DNA of 60,581 nucleotides, the filler included. It is 8 parts of 8 records of this genome, joined end to end, with 100 filler letters (N's around TTAATTAATTAA, not from the genome) between each part and the next. Parts side by side here need not be neighbours in the genome. Positions count along the whole stretch, not along the records: positions 25,830 to 32,980 come from SRR31147125_9372; positions 33,081 to 38,637 come from SRR31147125_9392; positions 38,738 to 44,836 come from SRR31147125_9403; 5 more parts are not named here. One strand, given 5' to 3'. Below are positions 31,269 through 41,546 of the stretch, piece by piece; positions within the stretch are counted from its first letter, which is position 1, and every line of letters starts with the position of its first letter. Under the pieces are notes generated by a model. It did no database searches. It worked only from the letters and a program-made list of their open reading frames with translations, and had not been told where the DNA came from. Made by a program: the position numbers and the translations under genes.

Positions 31269-32261
31269 CTACTTTAGAAACGTCTCTATCTTCGCATCAC
31301 TGCGCAGTTTTTTTACGTAATCGCCAACCTCGGCCTGCGCCTTCTGATTACGTAAATTGGCAATAATCTTTGGCCAGGCTTCCTCAAGGCTCACTGTCGA
31401 GGCCTCGCGGCGATCGATCATCTTGATCAGATGAAATCCAAAGCGTGTCTCTACGATATCACTCACCTCGTCGGGTTTCAGCTCGAAAGCGGCTTTTTCG
31501 AAAGCGGGCACCATTTTCCCCTTGGAGAAATATCCCAGATCGCCACCTTTGGGTGCACTGGGACCCTGGGAGTGGGCTTTGGCCAGCTCACTGAAGTCCT
31601 CACCGGCATCCGCCCGCTTTTTGATCTCCATCAGTTCCTTGCGCGAGGCTGTTTTTTTCTTGTCATCATCTTCTTTGCCCGATTTGATCAGGATATGCTG
31701 TGCGTGAACTTCTTCGGGGCGTTTGAAGTAGTTGGGGTTTTTCTCATAGAATGCTTTGGCCTCTTCGTCCGACACCTCGATCTTGGAGACGATCTCCTTC
31801 TCAATGAAGGCTCGAATAACCGATCGTTCACTGATCTGGTTCTTCAGCTTCTCCTCACTGAGGTTCATTCTGCCCAGAGCCTCTTCAAATTTCTTTTGAT
31901 CGGGAAAACGCTTTTTGATGGCGGACAACTCCTGTTCTACCAATTCCGTATCAGCCTTTACGCCCTTTTTTTGGCTCTCCTGGTAGATCAGCTCCCGGCC
32001 AATGATCTGATCGAGCACTTCCGTGCGGACCTGTCCCTGCAATTGCTCTGGAATCTGCATTCCCTGTGACTGCATACGCTGCATATAGAGGGCCAACTCA
32101 TTCTCAAACTCCTTGTAGGAGATGGCTTTACCATTAACCATGGCGGCATTCTCAGGTTTCGCTTCGGCTTTCTCCGGCTCGGCAAAAGCTGAAATGGGAA
32201 TGATCAGGGTCCCCATAATCAGTAAGATCAACGCTGCATATCGTCTGTAACAAAATTTCAT
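31269..32261 (-). CDS. Periplasmic parvulin-type PPIase (SurA/PrsA-like foldase)
   Basis: Signal peptide (SAFA/E), SurA-N-like helices, VHAQHILI, GGDLGYF, MVPAFEKAAF and ETRFGFHLIK. Confidence 0.9.
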   Translation of the reverse strand: MKFCYRRYAALILLIMGTLIIPISAFAEPEKAEAKPENAAMVNGKAISYKEFENELALYMQRMQSQGMQIPEQLQGQVRTEVLDQIIGRELIYQESQKKGVKADTELVEQELSAIKKRFPDQKKFEEALGRMNLSEEKLKNQISERSVIRAFIEKEIVSKIEVSDEEAKAFYEKNPNYFKRPEEVHAQHILIKSGKEDDDKKKTASRKELMEIKKRADAGEDFSELAKAHSQGPSAPKGGDLGYFSKGKMVPAFEKAAFELKPDEVSDIVETRFGFHLIKMIDRREASTVSLEEAWPKIIANLRNQKAQAEVGDYVKKLRSDAKIETFLK

Positions 32262-32466
32262 AAAAGCGGCTCCTTTATCGATAAATGAACGAAATGGCTT
32301 CTGTTTTTGAAGGCTCACGTTATCGACGCAAGGGTATAAAGTAAACAAAAATTTGGGAAATTAACCCAATTGTAATGTTGGTCACGCTGCTTGTTTAGCA
32401 AAACACCTTTTCGATACTTCAAGGGTGAAATGATGAAGGTGCCTGAACCGTTGATGATAAATTCCG

Positions 32467-32495
32467 TTGACATCATCAAACATTACCGCTATTTT
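32467..32495 (+). promoter_or_regulatory. Sigma70-type promoter for the DAHP synthase leader
   Basis: TTGACA (32467-32472), 17-nt spacer, TATTTT (32490-32495). Confidence 0.55.
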
Positions 32496-32523
32496 CTCTC
32501 AAAATTGAAAGACAATCAACGAC

Positions 32524-32613
32524 ATGAATAGATTCACACCATACATCATCGGCACACCCAACTTTTTTAGCTACTACTTTTATTTTAGCAGCGGCATGCC
32601 TGGGGTTCGCTGA
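32524..32613 (+). CDS. Phe/Tyr-rich attenuator leader peptide, 29 aa (MNRFTPYIIGTPNFFSYYFYFSSGMPGVR)
   Basis: Seven Phe/Tyr codons within eight (FFSYYFYF), followed by a terminator and then DAHP synthase. Confidence 0.82.
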   Translation: MNRFTPYIIGTPNFFSYYFYFSSGMPGVR

Positions 32614-32631
32614 CGCTGATTATTTAGAGTC

Positions 32632-32668
32632 AAAAGCCGCAGGCCAACAAGCCTGCGGCTTTTTTTTT
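32632..32668 (+). terminator. Attenuator terminator
   Basis: AAAAGCCGCAGGC-CAACAA-GCCTGCGGC followed by T9. Confidence 0.88.
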
Positions 32669-32725
32669 GCCATTTTAGGCTGGAAACCAGAAGAATCGAA
32701 AGCGCATGACAATTTAAGGAGATGG

Positions 32726-32980
32726 ATGATGAAGACCTACGATGTACGTATCAAAGATTTCACCCCCCTGATCTCCCCGGAGGCATTCAAGGAGGAATTG
32801 CCCATTGGAGCGATCTCCGCTGAAACAGTTGTCCAGGGACGACAGACCATCCAGGAAATCATTACCAGGAACGACAAACGGCTTATGGTCGTCACCGGCC
32901 CCTGCTCGATTCACGACGAGGCGGCCGCGATAGATTATGCCCAAAGGCTCCGAGATCTCCAGGAGCGTGTCAAGGAGACC
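32726..32980 (+). CDS. 3-deoxy-7-phosphoheptulonate (DAHP) synthase, class I-alpha (AroF/G/H type), 3' truncated
   Basis: DVRI...PLISP...RLMVVTGPCSIHD...AIDYAQRL; RBS AAGGAG. Confidence 0.92.
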
Positions 32981-33080
32981 NNNNNNNNNNNNNNNNNNNN
33001 NNNNNNNNNNNNNNNNNNNNNNNNTTAATTAATTAANNNNNNNNNNNNNNNNNNNNNNNNNNNNNNNNNNNNNNNNNNNN
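32981..33080. other. Artificial contig spacer
   Basis: N44-TTAATTAATTAA-N44. Confidence 0.98.
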
Positions 33081-33328
33081 TTTTGAAATTAATGATATTG
33101 CCAATGTTGACAGCAGTGTTACTAAAGTTTGCTCCATATGGTACATACAATACAAAAATGGTAGTTTTAATCTGCACTGCAACTCCTGTAGGTTTAACTG
33201 TCCCTATGTTTTCACAAATATATGGAGGAGATTATATTTACGGAGCAAAAATTGTCAGTTTAAGTACATTATTATCACTTGTGAACCTTCCTATTACACT
33301 ATATTTAGGTAGTAAAATAATGTTTTGA
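33081..33328 (+). CDS. AEC (auxin efflux carrier) family transporter, C-terminal part (5' truncated)
   Basis: KLMILP...ATPVG...YGGD...VSLSTLLSLVNLP. Confidence 0.75.
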
Positions 33329-33359
33329 TTTATGCGTTAAAAAATATTAAATAAAATAG

Positions 33360-34856
<1,497 letters not shown>

Positions 34857-34895
34857 GAAAATAAACTAAGTAAAAAAAATCTGGAGGGATATATT

Positions 34896-35204
34896 ATGAA
34901 AAGAATCTTACTTTGTTGTGCAGCAGGAATGTCTACGAGCTTATTGGTTCAAAAGATGAAACAAGCAGCGGATAAAAGGGGCTTAGAAGCAGAAATATGG
35001 GCGGAATCAATTGACCAATTACAAAAGAATGTGGATGAAGGAATTGACGTTGTGCTACTTGGACCACAAATTAGATATAAAGCTAACTCTGTTAAAGAGA
35101 TTTGTTCAGTAAAAGATATCCCAAGTGACATAATTAATACAGTTGATTACGGAACAATGAATGGCGAAAAAGTGCTTGATTATGCACTGAATCTAATGAA
35201 ATAA
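34896..35204 (+). CDS. PTS lactose/cellobiose-family IIB component
   Basis: ILLCCAAGMSTSLLV, LLGPQI and DYGTMNGEKVL. Confidence 0.93.
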   Translation: MKRILLCCAAGMSTSLLVQKMKQAADKRGLEAEIWAESIDQLQKNVDEGIDVVLLGPQIRYKANSVKEICSVKDIPSDIINTVDYGTMNGEKVLDYALNLMK

Positions 35205-35240
35205 AGCTAGTAGAAACTATAATTTTGGAGGTAATGCATA

Positions 35241-35555
35241 ATGGATTTAGAAATGGCTGCAATGGAGCTTGTTGGTAATTCAGGAGAGAGTAGAAGTCTT
35301 TCATTTGAAGCGATGACTCTAGCAAGAGAAGGTAAATTTGATGAGGCAAAATCTAAAATATCTGAAGCTAAAGAAAAAATGTTAAAAGCACATGGAACGC
35401 AGACAGACTTAATTTGTGCTGAGGCTGACGGAGAAGAGTTTAAAGTTGGTCTTTTGATGGTTCACGCACAAGATCACTTGATGACATCAATATTGGCTAG
35501 AGAGATGGCTGAAGAGATTATTTTGCTCCATGAGAAACTGCAAGAAAAAGCTTAA
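35241..35555 (+). CDS. PTS lactose/cellobiose-family IIA component
   Basis: AHGTQTDLI and LLMVHAQDHLMTS. Confidence 0.93.
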   Translation: MDLEMAAMELVGNSGESRSLSFEAMTLAREGKFDEAKSKISEAKEKMLKAHGTQTDLICAEADGEEFKVGLLMVHAQDHLMTSILAREMAEEIILLHEKLQEKA

Positions 35556-35602
35556 GACACACTAATTAAAAGGGAAATATAAATATAAAACTTTAGAAAT
35601 AT

Positions 35603-35644
35603 AAAAAGTCCTCTTTCAAGGAATTTAGAAAGAGGACTTTTTTT
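35603..35644. terminator. Bidirectional intrinsic terminator between IIA and the Rep-like gene
   Basis: AAAAAGTCCTCTTTC ... GAAAGAGGACTTTTTTT between convergent genes. Confidence 0.85.
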
Positions 35645-35681
35645 ACTATATCGCTTTGTCTAAGAATATTTCTAGAAAAAG

Positions 35682-36854
35682 CTATTTATTTTTTTCAATA
35701 ATAATCTTACTTTTAGAGTTTTTATTATAAATAACCTCGAATTTTAAAACTAATGTTCCTTCTGTGTATTTACACTGATAAATTTCCTTATCTCTTAAAC
35801 GATAAAAGTTTCTATAGAGAAAGTAATGAAAATTTTGATTGTAAATAATATCAATCAATTTTAATTGTTTTGCTATGATATTTATCTCATTATACAGATC
35901 ATTTATTGTATGGATCTCTCTTTCTACTTCTATTTTTTTCATATCAACATTATTCTTTTGACCGTATAGATTACTCTCAAGCGCTTCAACAAAATGTTTT
36001 TCAAATGAATGTTTCTTATGATTTTTCAGAGAAAATTTAGCATTATTCATAACATATTTATAGTTATAGTCTCTTAAATAATTAATAATAACGTTTTGCA
36101 TAAGATCAAAATCTTTAACTTTATCTTTAATCTGTAATAAAATCTGGTTTGCGCTTTCTCTCAACTCTTTTATTACCTCATTAACACATGTAAATTTGAT
36201 TGCAATAATTTTTGATGATCTGCCTTCGCTCTTTTTAATTTTTGAATATTCAAATTGAAAATTAGTATAGTTATTAATATCATCGATAATAGGGTTCAGT
36301 ACTTTCTTTTCCAAATCGTAAAACCTATCGTATGAGTGTCCCACCTCTAATAATTCTTTTAAGTCTGGAAGTGACAGGGTAAACTCTGCGTTGTACTGTT
36401 CAATAGAAAATGAGTTTAGAAGCTTTAAATATATAATTAGCGAATGTATTTTTTTAAACTTCAATATCGATACTAAATTTATATAGTTGAAAAGATTATT
36501 TTTTTCAAAAGAATACTGAACCTCCTTTGCAAGTGTTATATAAATATATTCTCCTATTACTGAGTAGGAAACCAATGGGTGAAAAGCTCCCTTTACATTT
36601 GTATCATCGCTAGTTTTAAATGAGTAACGTATTTTTTTCCTCATGAGCTTGTTAAAACAATCTAAAATATTTTCATTTTTAAAATCAAAAGTCGATCTAA
36701 GATTATCAGTCTTTATTTTTATCACTTCAGTATCTTGATTTTCAAATTCAGAAAGTATATATTGAAATATCTCTTTATCAAACAAAGTTAATTTATTTTC
36801 CAAATTTAGATCAAATTCAGAAAAATCATTTAAATAACTATAAAAATAGTTCAT
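35682..36854 (-). CDS. Rep_3 (RepB/RepE-type) replication initiator-like winged-helix protein with C-terminal extension
   Basis: WH2-type segment LSLPDLKELLEV...YDRFYDLEKKVLNPIIDDIN...YSKIKKSEGRSSKIIAIKF matches Rep_3 initiators. RBS GAGGTG before ATG 36854. Confidence 0.8.
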   Translation of the reverse strand: MNYFYSYLNDFSEFDLNLENKLTLFDKEIFQYILSEFENQDTEVIKIKTDNLRSTFDFKNENILDCFNKLMRKKIRYSFKTSDDTNVKGAFHPLVSYSVIGEYIYITLAKEVQYSFEKNNLFNYINLVSILKFKKIHSLIIYLKLLNSFSIEQYNAEFTLSLPDLKELLEVGHSYDRFYDLEKKVLNPIIDDINNYTNFQFEYSKIKKSEGRSSKIIAIKFTCVNEVIKELRESANQILLQIKDKVKDFDLMQNVIINYLRDYNYKYVMNNAKFSLKNHKKHSFEKHFVEALESNLYGQKNNVDMKKIEVEREIHTINDLYNEINIIAKQLKLIDIIYNQNFHYFLYRNFYRLRDKEIYQCKYTEGTLVLKFEVIYNKNSKSKIIIEKNK

Positions 36855-37043
36855 TTTTTTCACCTCTTTTCAATTTTTTTATTTTTTTCGTCCATTTTAG
36901 CAGATACAGTATCATTATTAGACGAAAATCAATGGCGATTTTGTTTCGTTCCTTAATACAAGCTCTTCATCTACAGGAGTTTCAACAACAAAAGAACCTT
37001 TTTCACATAAAAACGACGATTTTAGAACGTTTTTTTCACAAAT

Positions 37044-37072
37044 TTGACATTTCTTTCGAATGAAGTTATACT
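37044..37072 (+). promoter_or_regulatory. Sigma70 promoter for PTS IIC
   Basis: TTGACA (37044-37049), 17-nt spacer, TATACT (37067-37072). Confidence 0.7.
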
Positions 37073-37107
37073 TATTTTGTTAGAATAAGACAAGTCATAT
37101 TGCTACT

Positions 37108-37137
37108 ATTATAAAATCCGGATTATAATAATGTCAA
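37108..37137 (-). promoter_or_regulatory. Sigma70 promoter directed toward the Rep-like gene
   Basis: Minus strand TTGACA (37137-37132), 18-nt spacer, TATAAT (37113-37108). The spacer holds the palindrome AATCCGGATT. Confidence 0.6.
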
Positions 37138-37222
37138 TAGTAATATTTGAAATGTTGGGTTTAAGTTTACTTCAAAGAGTTTTATTTCTATATTCTATTA
37201 ATTAAAAAGGGAGTGGAAATTA

Positions 37223-38590
37223 ATGAATTTTCAATTTGTACATGAAAAAATCTTACCTGTTGCAGGGGAGATATCAGAAAACAAATATCTAAAAGCTGTT
37301 AGTAATGGATTTATGTCTTTAATGCCTGTAATTATCCTGGGAGCTATGTTCTCACTATTTAACGGATTAGCTATCCCGGCATATCAAGAATTTATAAAAT
37401 CAACTGGACTAAAGTCAATGCTATCTATACCAAATATGGTTACTAATGATATTTTGGCTATCTACGCTGTTTTCTTTATTGCATATAATCTAGCAAAAGC
37501 AAATGATAAAGATCCTGGTGTTGCAGGAATGATTTCACTGGCAACTTTTCTTGCGATTACCCCAATAATTAATACAGGAAATGTAATTAAGGATTTTGTT
37601 GCTTCAAACAATATTCAATTAGCTGAAGGCATTGCTATACGTGGTGGAAATGCATTGTCGTATAACTGGATAGGTGCAAGAGGCTTATTCGTTGCTATCG
37701 TAGTTGCATTGATCTCAGCTACAATTTACTCTAAACTTATTGATAAAGGCTTAACTATAAAATTACCTGATAGTGTTCCACCTACAATAGGTAAATCCTT
37801 TGCTGGATTAATACCTGGATTTGTAATTATCATTCTATTCATGATAGTAAATGCTATATGCACTTCAATCCCAGGAATTGATGGAATTCACTCACTAATT
37901 TATTCAGCTATCCAAGCTCCGGCAGAAAAATTCTTAGGAAATAATATTTGGTCATTCCTGTTTGCGATATTCGCAGCACAACTATTATGGTTCTTCGGAA
38001 TCCACGGAATTACTGCGGTTATCATCCCGATATTTTTCCCAGTTTGGACTTCACTTACAATGGTAAATCTTACTCAAATGAATGCAGGAGTATCAGTTTT
38101 CGAATTACCTAATATCATTAATAGATCATTCTTGAGTTGTTATGCATTAATTGGAGGATCAGGAGTAACATTAGGGCTCTGCCTATATATGGCCCTGAGA
38201 GGTAAGAGTCAGCAATATAAAACTTTAGGAAAGTTGTCGTGGGCAGCAGGACTATGTGGAATCAATGAGCCATTAATTTTTGGTACTCCAATGGTACTTA
38301 ATCCATATATGATTATTCCATTTATATCAGCTCCATTAATTATCTCTTTATTAGCTTATGGATTAACTGTAATTAATATATTACCTAGATTAACTACAAT
38401 TATACCACTAGGAACTCCTATTGTAATGTCAGGCTTCCTGGCAGGAGGAGTTGCAGGATGGAGAGTTGCATTATTCCAAATAGCATCATTAGTTATCTCA
38501 GGAGCAGTTTACTTACCTTTCTTCAGAGTAATTGATCAAAAAGCTCTTGAAGAAGAAAATGTAACAGAAATGCAAGAATCAAGAGCTTAA
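37223..38590 (+). CDS. PTS lactose/cellobiose-family IIC permease
   Basis: GARGLFVAI, IKLPDSVPP, LLWFFGIHG, GGSG and INEPLIFGTPMVLNP. Confidence 0.93.
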   Translation: MNFQFVHEKILPVAGEISENKYLKAVSNGFMSLMPVIILGAMFSLFNGLAIPAYQEFIKSTGLKSMLSIPNMVTNDILAIYAVFFIAYNLAKANDKDPGVAGMISLATFLAITPIINTGNVIKDFVASNNIQLAEGIAIRGGNALSYNWIGARGLFVAIVVALISATIYSKLIDKGLTIKLPDSVPPTIGKSFAGLIPGFVIIILFMIVNAICTSIPGIDGIHSLIYSAIQAPAEKFLGNNIWSFLFAIFAAQLLWFFGIHGITAVIIPIFFPVWTSLTMVNLTQMNAGVSVFELPNIINRSFLSCYALIGGSGVTLGLCLYMALRGKSQQYKTLGKLSWAAGLCGINEPLIFGTPMVLNPYMIIPFISAPLIISLLAYGLTVINILPRLTTIIPLGTPIVMSGFLAGGVAGWRVALFQIASLVISGAVYLPFFRVIDQKALEEENVTEMQESRA

Positions 38591-38637
38591 TTTAAATAAA
38601 CTTATAAAGAGTCTGTTAATTTAAAATGAAAAATAGC

Positions 38638-38737
38638 NNNNNNNNNNNNNNNNNNNNNNNNNNNNNNNNNNNNNNNNNNNNTTAATTAATTAANNNNNNN
38701 NNNNNNNNNNNNNNNNNNNNNNNNNNNNNNNNNNNNN
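38638..38737. other. Artificial contig spacer
   Basis: N44-TTAATTAATTAA-N44. Confidence 0.98.
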
Positions 38738-38781
38738 TTTTTCTTGGTGTCTTGGCGACTTTGTGGCTCATGGTTTGACAG

Positions 38782-39663
38782 TTACTTCTGCGAACTGTGC
38801 GAGCTCGCCACAACAATCCCGGATAAAATCAGAGCGGCGCAGATAAAGTGAAGAGCAACAACCTGCTCATGTAACAGCAAAACCGCCCAGACACTGCTGA
38901 ACAGGGGGAGCGTATAATAAATCAATCCCGCTCTTGACGGACCGATGGTCAGAACGGCCTGATTCCAGAGCCCGAAAGCCCCCAGAGACGCAAAAATCCC
39001 CGCGTACAGAATGCCGATAACGACCGTCCCACTCCATTCAACGGCGCTCGTCGTTGCCACTTCCCAGACAAAGAAAGGACCCAGAAAGACAAGTCCAAAG
39101 AAAAAGGTACAGAATTGAAAGGTCCAGAAGCTGATCGCTTGCGGCTTACGTTTGACCAGCAGCGCATAAAGTGCAAACACAAAAGAGGCACACAGCATCC
39201 ACAGATCACCCGAAGCAAACGAGAGGTTGGCTAAGACAGACAGGTCACCCCGGGTGGTCAGAATGACAACACCACTGATCACCACGAGAATACCGCCCAC
39301 CCGTCGAAGACCGATCACTTCACCATAGAAAAACCGGGAGAGCAGGACGATAAACACCGGAAAGCAGATCGCTATCAGGGTCAGGTTGATGGCTGTCGTC
39401 GTATGCCCGGCGATATAGATCAGGGTATTGAAGACACCCACCCCGAACAGCCCGGTCAGAGCCAGATATCCGACATGTTGGCGGATCAGCCGACGTTCAG
39501 CCACCAGGGCGCGGCAGACAAAAGGAAAGAGAACGATCACCGCAACAAGCCAGCGTGAAAACGCCAGAGAGACGGGGGGAATCTGATCGCTCAGACCACA
39601 GGCAATGATAAAGTTGCCCGACCAGATCGCCGTTGCGAGAGCTGCGAACAGGTATCCCGTCAT
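38782..39663 (-). CDS. DMT (EamA) family transporter
   Basis: IWSGNFI, ~10 hydrophobic segments, GDLWML and IGPSRAG. Confidence 0.88.
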   Translation of the reverse strand: MTGYLFAALATAIWSGNFIIACGLSDQIPPVSLAFSRWLVAVIVLFPFVCRALVAERRLIRQHVGYLALTGLFGVGVFNTLIYIAGHTTTAINLTLIAICFPVFIVLLSRFFYGEVIGLRRVGGILVVISGVVILTTRGDLSVLANLSFASGDLWMLCASFVFALYALLVKRKPQAISFWTFQFCTFFFGLVFLGPFFVWEVATTSAVEWSGTVVIGILYAGIFASLGAFGLWNQAVLTIGPSRAGLIYYTLPLFSSVWAVLLLHEQVVALHFICAALILSGIVVASSHSSQK

Positions 39664-39675
39664 CGAATGACCATC

Positions 39676-40617
39676 TCAGATCAACCCGCTCGTCCGCAAC
39701 AGGAAGACTCCCAGGGTAATCGAAACCAGCGCTCCCAGGGAGGTCGCCGCGATGATTGCGGCAGCCAGGTGGTGATTGCCTCCCATCGACCGGGTCATCG
39801 GGTAGCTGGCAGCGGCGGTTGGAGAAGCGCACATCAGAAACAGGATCCCGAGATCTTCACCGCCGAGGCCCACGATGAAACCGCCCACGGTTATGAGTAA
39901 CGGAATCACAAACAGCTTGGCCGAGCAGGCCCAGTAGAGCGGCCTTGATGTTTGGAACTCCTGCAGGCGAATGGTCGCCCCGGCGCACAGCAGAGCTAAT
40001 GGCAAACTCAAGCGGGCGAAATAACTCCCGGTATCAAGCAGAACCGATGACACCTGCAGCCCACTCAAAGAGATGATTATGGCGGCACTGATCGATAGAA
40101 TCAGGGGGTTTTTAGCGATCCCGGCAAAAACCTTGAGCAGGTCACTATCGGTGTCACCTTTGTGGCGCGTCAAAGTAATCACCGACAACACGTTATACAG
40201 CATCGTCATCAGTGCCAGGTAAATGGAGACCTTCGCCACAACACCTTCGCCGAACGCACTGATACAATACGCCAGCCCGATGATCCCCATGTTGCTGCGG
40301 AAGGACCCCTGAACAAAAGCGCCCCGGTCGTGGGCCTCATTGAGGCGTGGCGCGAGAAGACGATCCAGAACAACAAAAACCAGCGTTGTCGCGACAATCG
40401 CGTAGAGAACAAGGCCGACAGGGATGGCATCACGAAAATTTGTCTGGACAATTTTGACAAACAGCAGACAGGGAAGGCTGACCTTGAAGACCAGGGCCGA
40501 ACCCATTCGGGCAAAGTCATCCGTCATCCAGCCGATCTTCTTAAACACGAGTCCAAGGACGATAATAGTAAAAATCGGAAGTGTTGTCTGGATGGCAAAA
40601 TAAAGGTCGTTAAACAT
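39676..40617 (-). CDS. AEC family transporter
   Basis: VFKVSLPCLLF, QGSFRSNMGIIGL, KNPLI and SPTAAASY. Confidence 0.88.
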   Translation of the reverse strand: MFNDLYFAIQTTLPIFTIIVLGLVFKKIGWMTDDFARMGSALVFKVSLPCLLFVKIVQTNFRDAIPVGLVLYAIVATTLVFVVLDRLLAPRLNEAHDRGAFVQGSFRSNMGIIGLAYCISAFGEGVVAKVSIYLALMTMLYNVLSVITLTRHKGDTDSDLLKVFAGIAKNPLILSISAAIIISLSGLQVSSVLLDTGSYFARLSLPLALLCAGATIRLQEFQTSRPLYWACSAKLFVIPLLITVGGFIVGLGGEDLGILFLMCASPTAAASYPMTRSMGGNHHLAAAIIAATSLGALVSITLGVFLLRTSGLI

Positions 40618-40715
40618 GATCAGTCCCGCGGAAGGGAATCAGAAGCACCCCGGAACGTAGCAGTTCGGACAGGGGCTGTCCAGCAGCAATCACGCCATGC
40701 TGGCCACTTGCAGGA

Positions 40716-41546
40716 TCAGTCAGACACCCTGTTCACCCGGGCGTTCCCATGGTCGACAGTGCGGAGATAGCGGACAGCGGGAGGACCAAAGAGCATTGCA
40801 TACCCCACTTGATGGTCCGCGGGGATGCCAAGCCGGTTCTGGAGCGCCGGGACCAACTCATCGACCGTCCACTGGATGAAGCCGTTCCACAAGGTTCCAA
40901 TCCCCAGAGCCTGAGCATACAGCTCGAAATAGGAGAGCGCGATCAGGCAATCGGCCTGAGGTGTGGTACTCGCCTTCGGCGCAGAAGCGAGCAGAAGGTG
41001 CGGGGCATCACGAAACATCACGTCGATCCCCTTGTCCTGCCAGAGAGACACAAATTTCACAAACACGCTCCGATGCTCCGGCAATTGTCCCGCATCGATC
41101 AATGCCGCCAGCCCTTCGTAGGCATCCGCACGAAACCGCTTGAGAGCCTCTTTATCATCAATTACGGTCCAGAGGACACCCCGCCGGTTGATCCCCGTCG
41201 GGGCCTGCCAGGCCACATCGAGACAGGTCTGAATATCAGCAGCAGGGAGATTTTCATCTCTAAAGCGACGGACAGAACGGCGGCCCCGGATCAGGGTTTC
41301 CAGTCTCTCCGGTTCCGGGTAATTCCCTTTCAGCACAAGGCTGTTATCGGGATGATTCCCAAGAATCGATATTGCAGCCGTCGGGCAGATGGCGAAACAG
41401 TGCTGACAGCGCAAGCACGCGTCCTCTTTGTCAACCTCAATGGCGGGCAGTCCGTTCTCAAGGTCGATGATCCGCACCGGGCAGTCCACAGCGCATAGAC
41501 CGCAGCGGATACAACGATCGGAATCGATAGTAAACCGAAGCATCAT
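40716..41546 (-). CDS. Nitroreductase family protein with N-terminal 4Fe-4S dicluster
   Basis: CIRCGLCAVDCP and CLRCQHCFAICP; RRSVRRF, APTGIN and GIGTLWNG. Confidence 0.9.
   Translation of the reverse strand: MMLRFTIDSDRCIRCGLCAVDCPVRIIDLENGLPAIEVDKEDACLRCQHCFAICPTAAISILGNHPDNSLVLKGNYPEPERLETLIRGRRSVRRFRDENLPAADIQTCLDVAWQAPTGINRRGVLWTVIDDKEALKRFRADAYEGLAALIDAGQLPEHRSVFVKFVSLWQDKGIDVMFRDAPHLLLASAPKASTTPQADCLIALSYFELYAQALGIGTLWNGFIQWTVDELVPALQNRLGIPADHQVGYAMLFGPPAVRYLRTVDHGNARVNRVSD

Noticed and set aside
36855-37222. Plasmid origin with iterons next to the Rep-like gene
   Set aside because: No tandem 17-22 bp direct repeats at regular phase and no plasmid maintenance genes. Only short degenerate motifs are present.
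38738-38768. CTTGGTGTCTTGGCGACTTTGTGG short degenerate repeat at contig start
   Set aside because: Too short and cut by the contig edge to classify.
40162-41498. Long antisense ORFs (40162-40770, 40749-41498) and similar ones at 29539-30123 and 31431-32069
   Set aside because: Shadow ORFs opposite well-supported genes in GC-rich DNA, with no motifs of their own.
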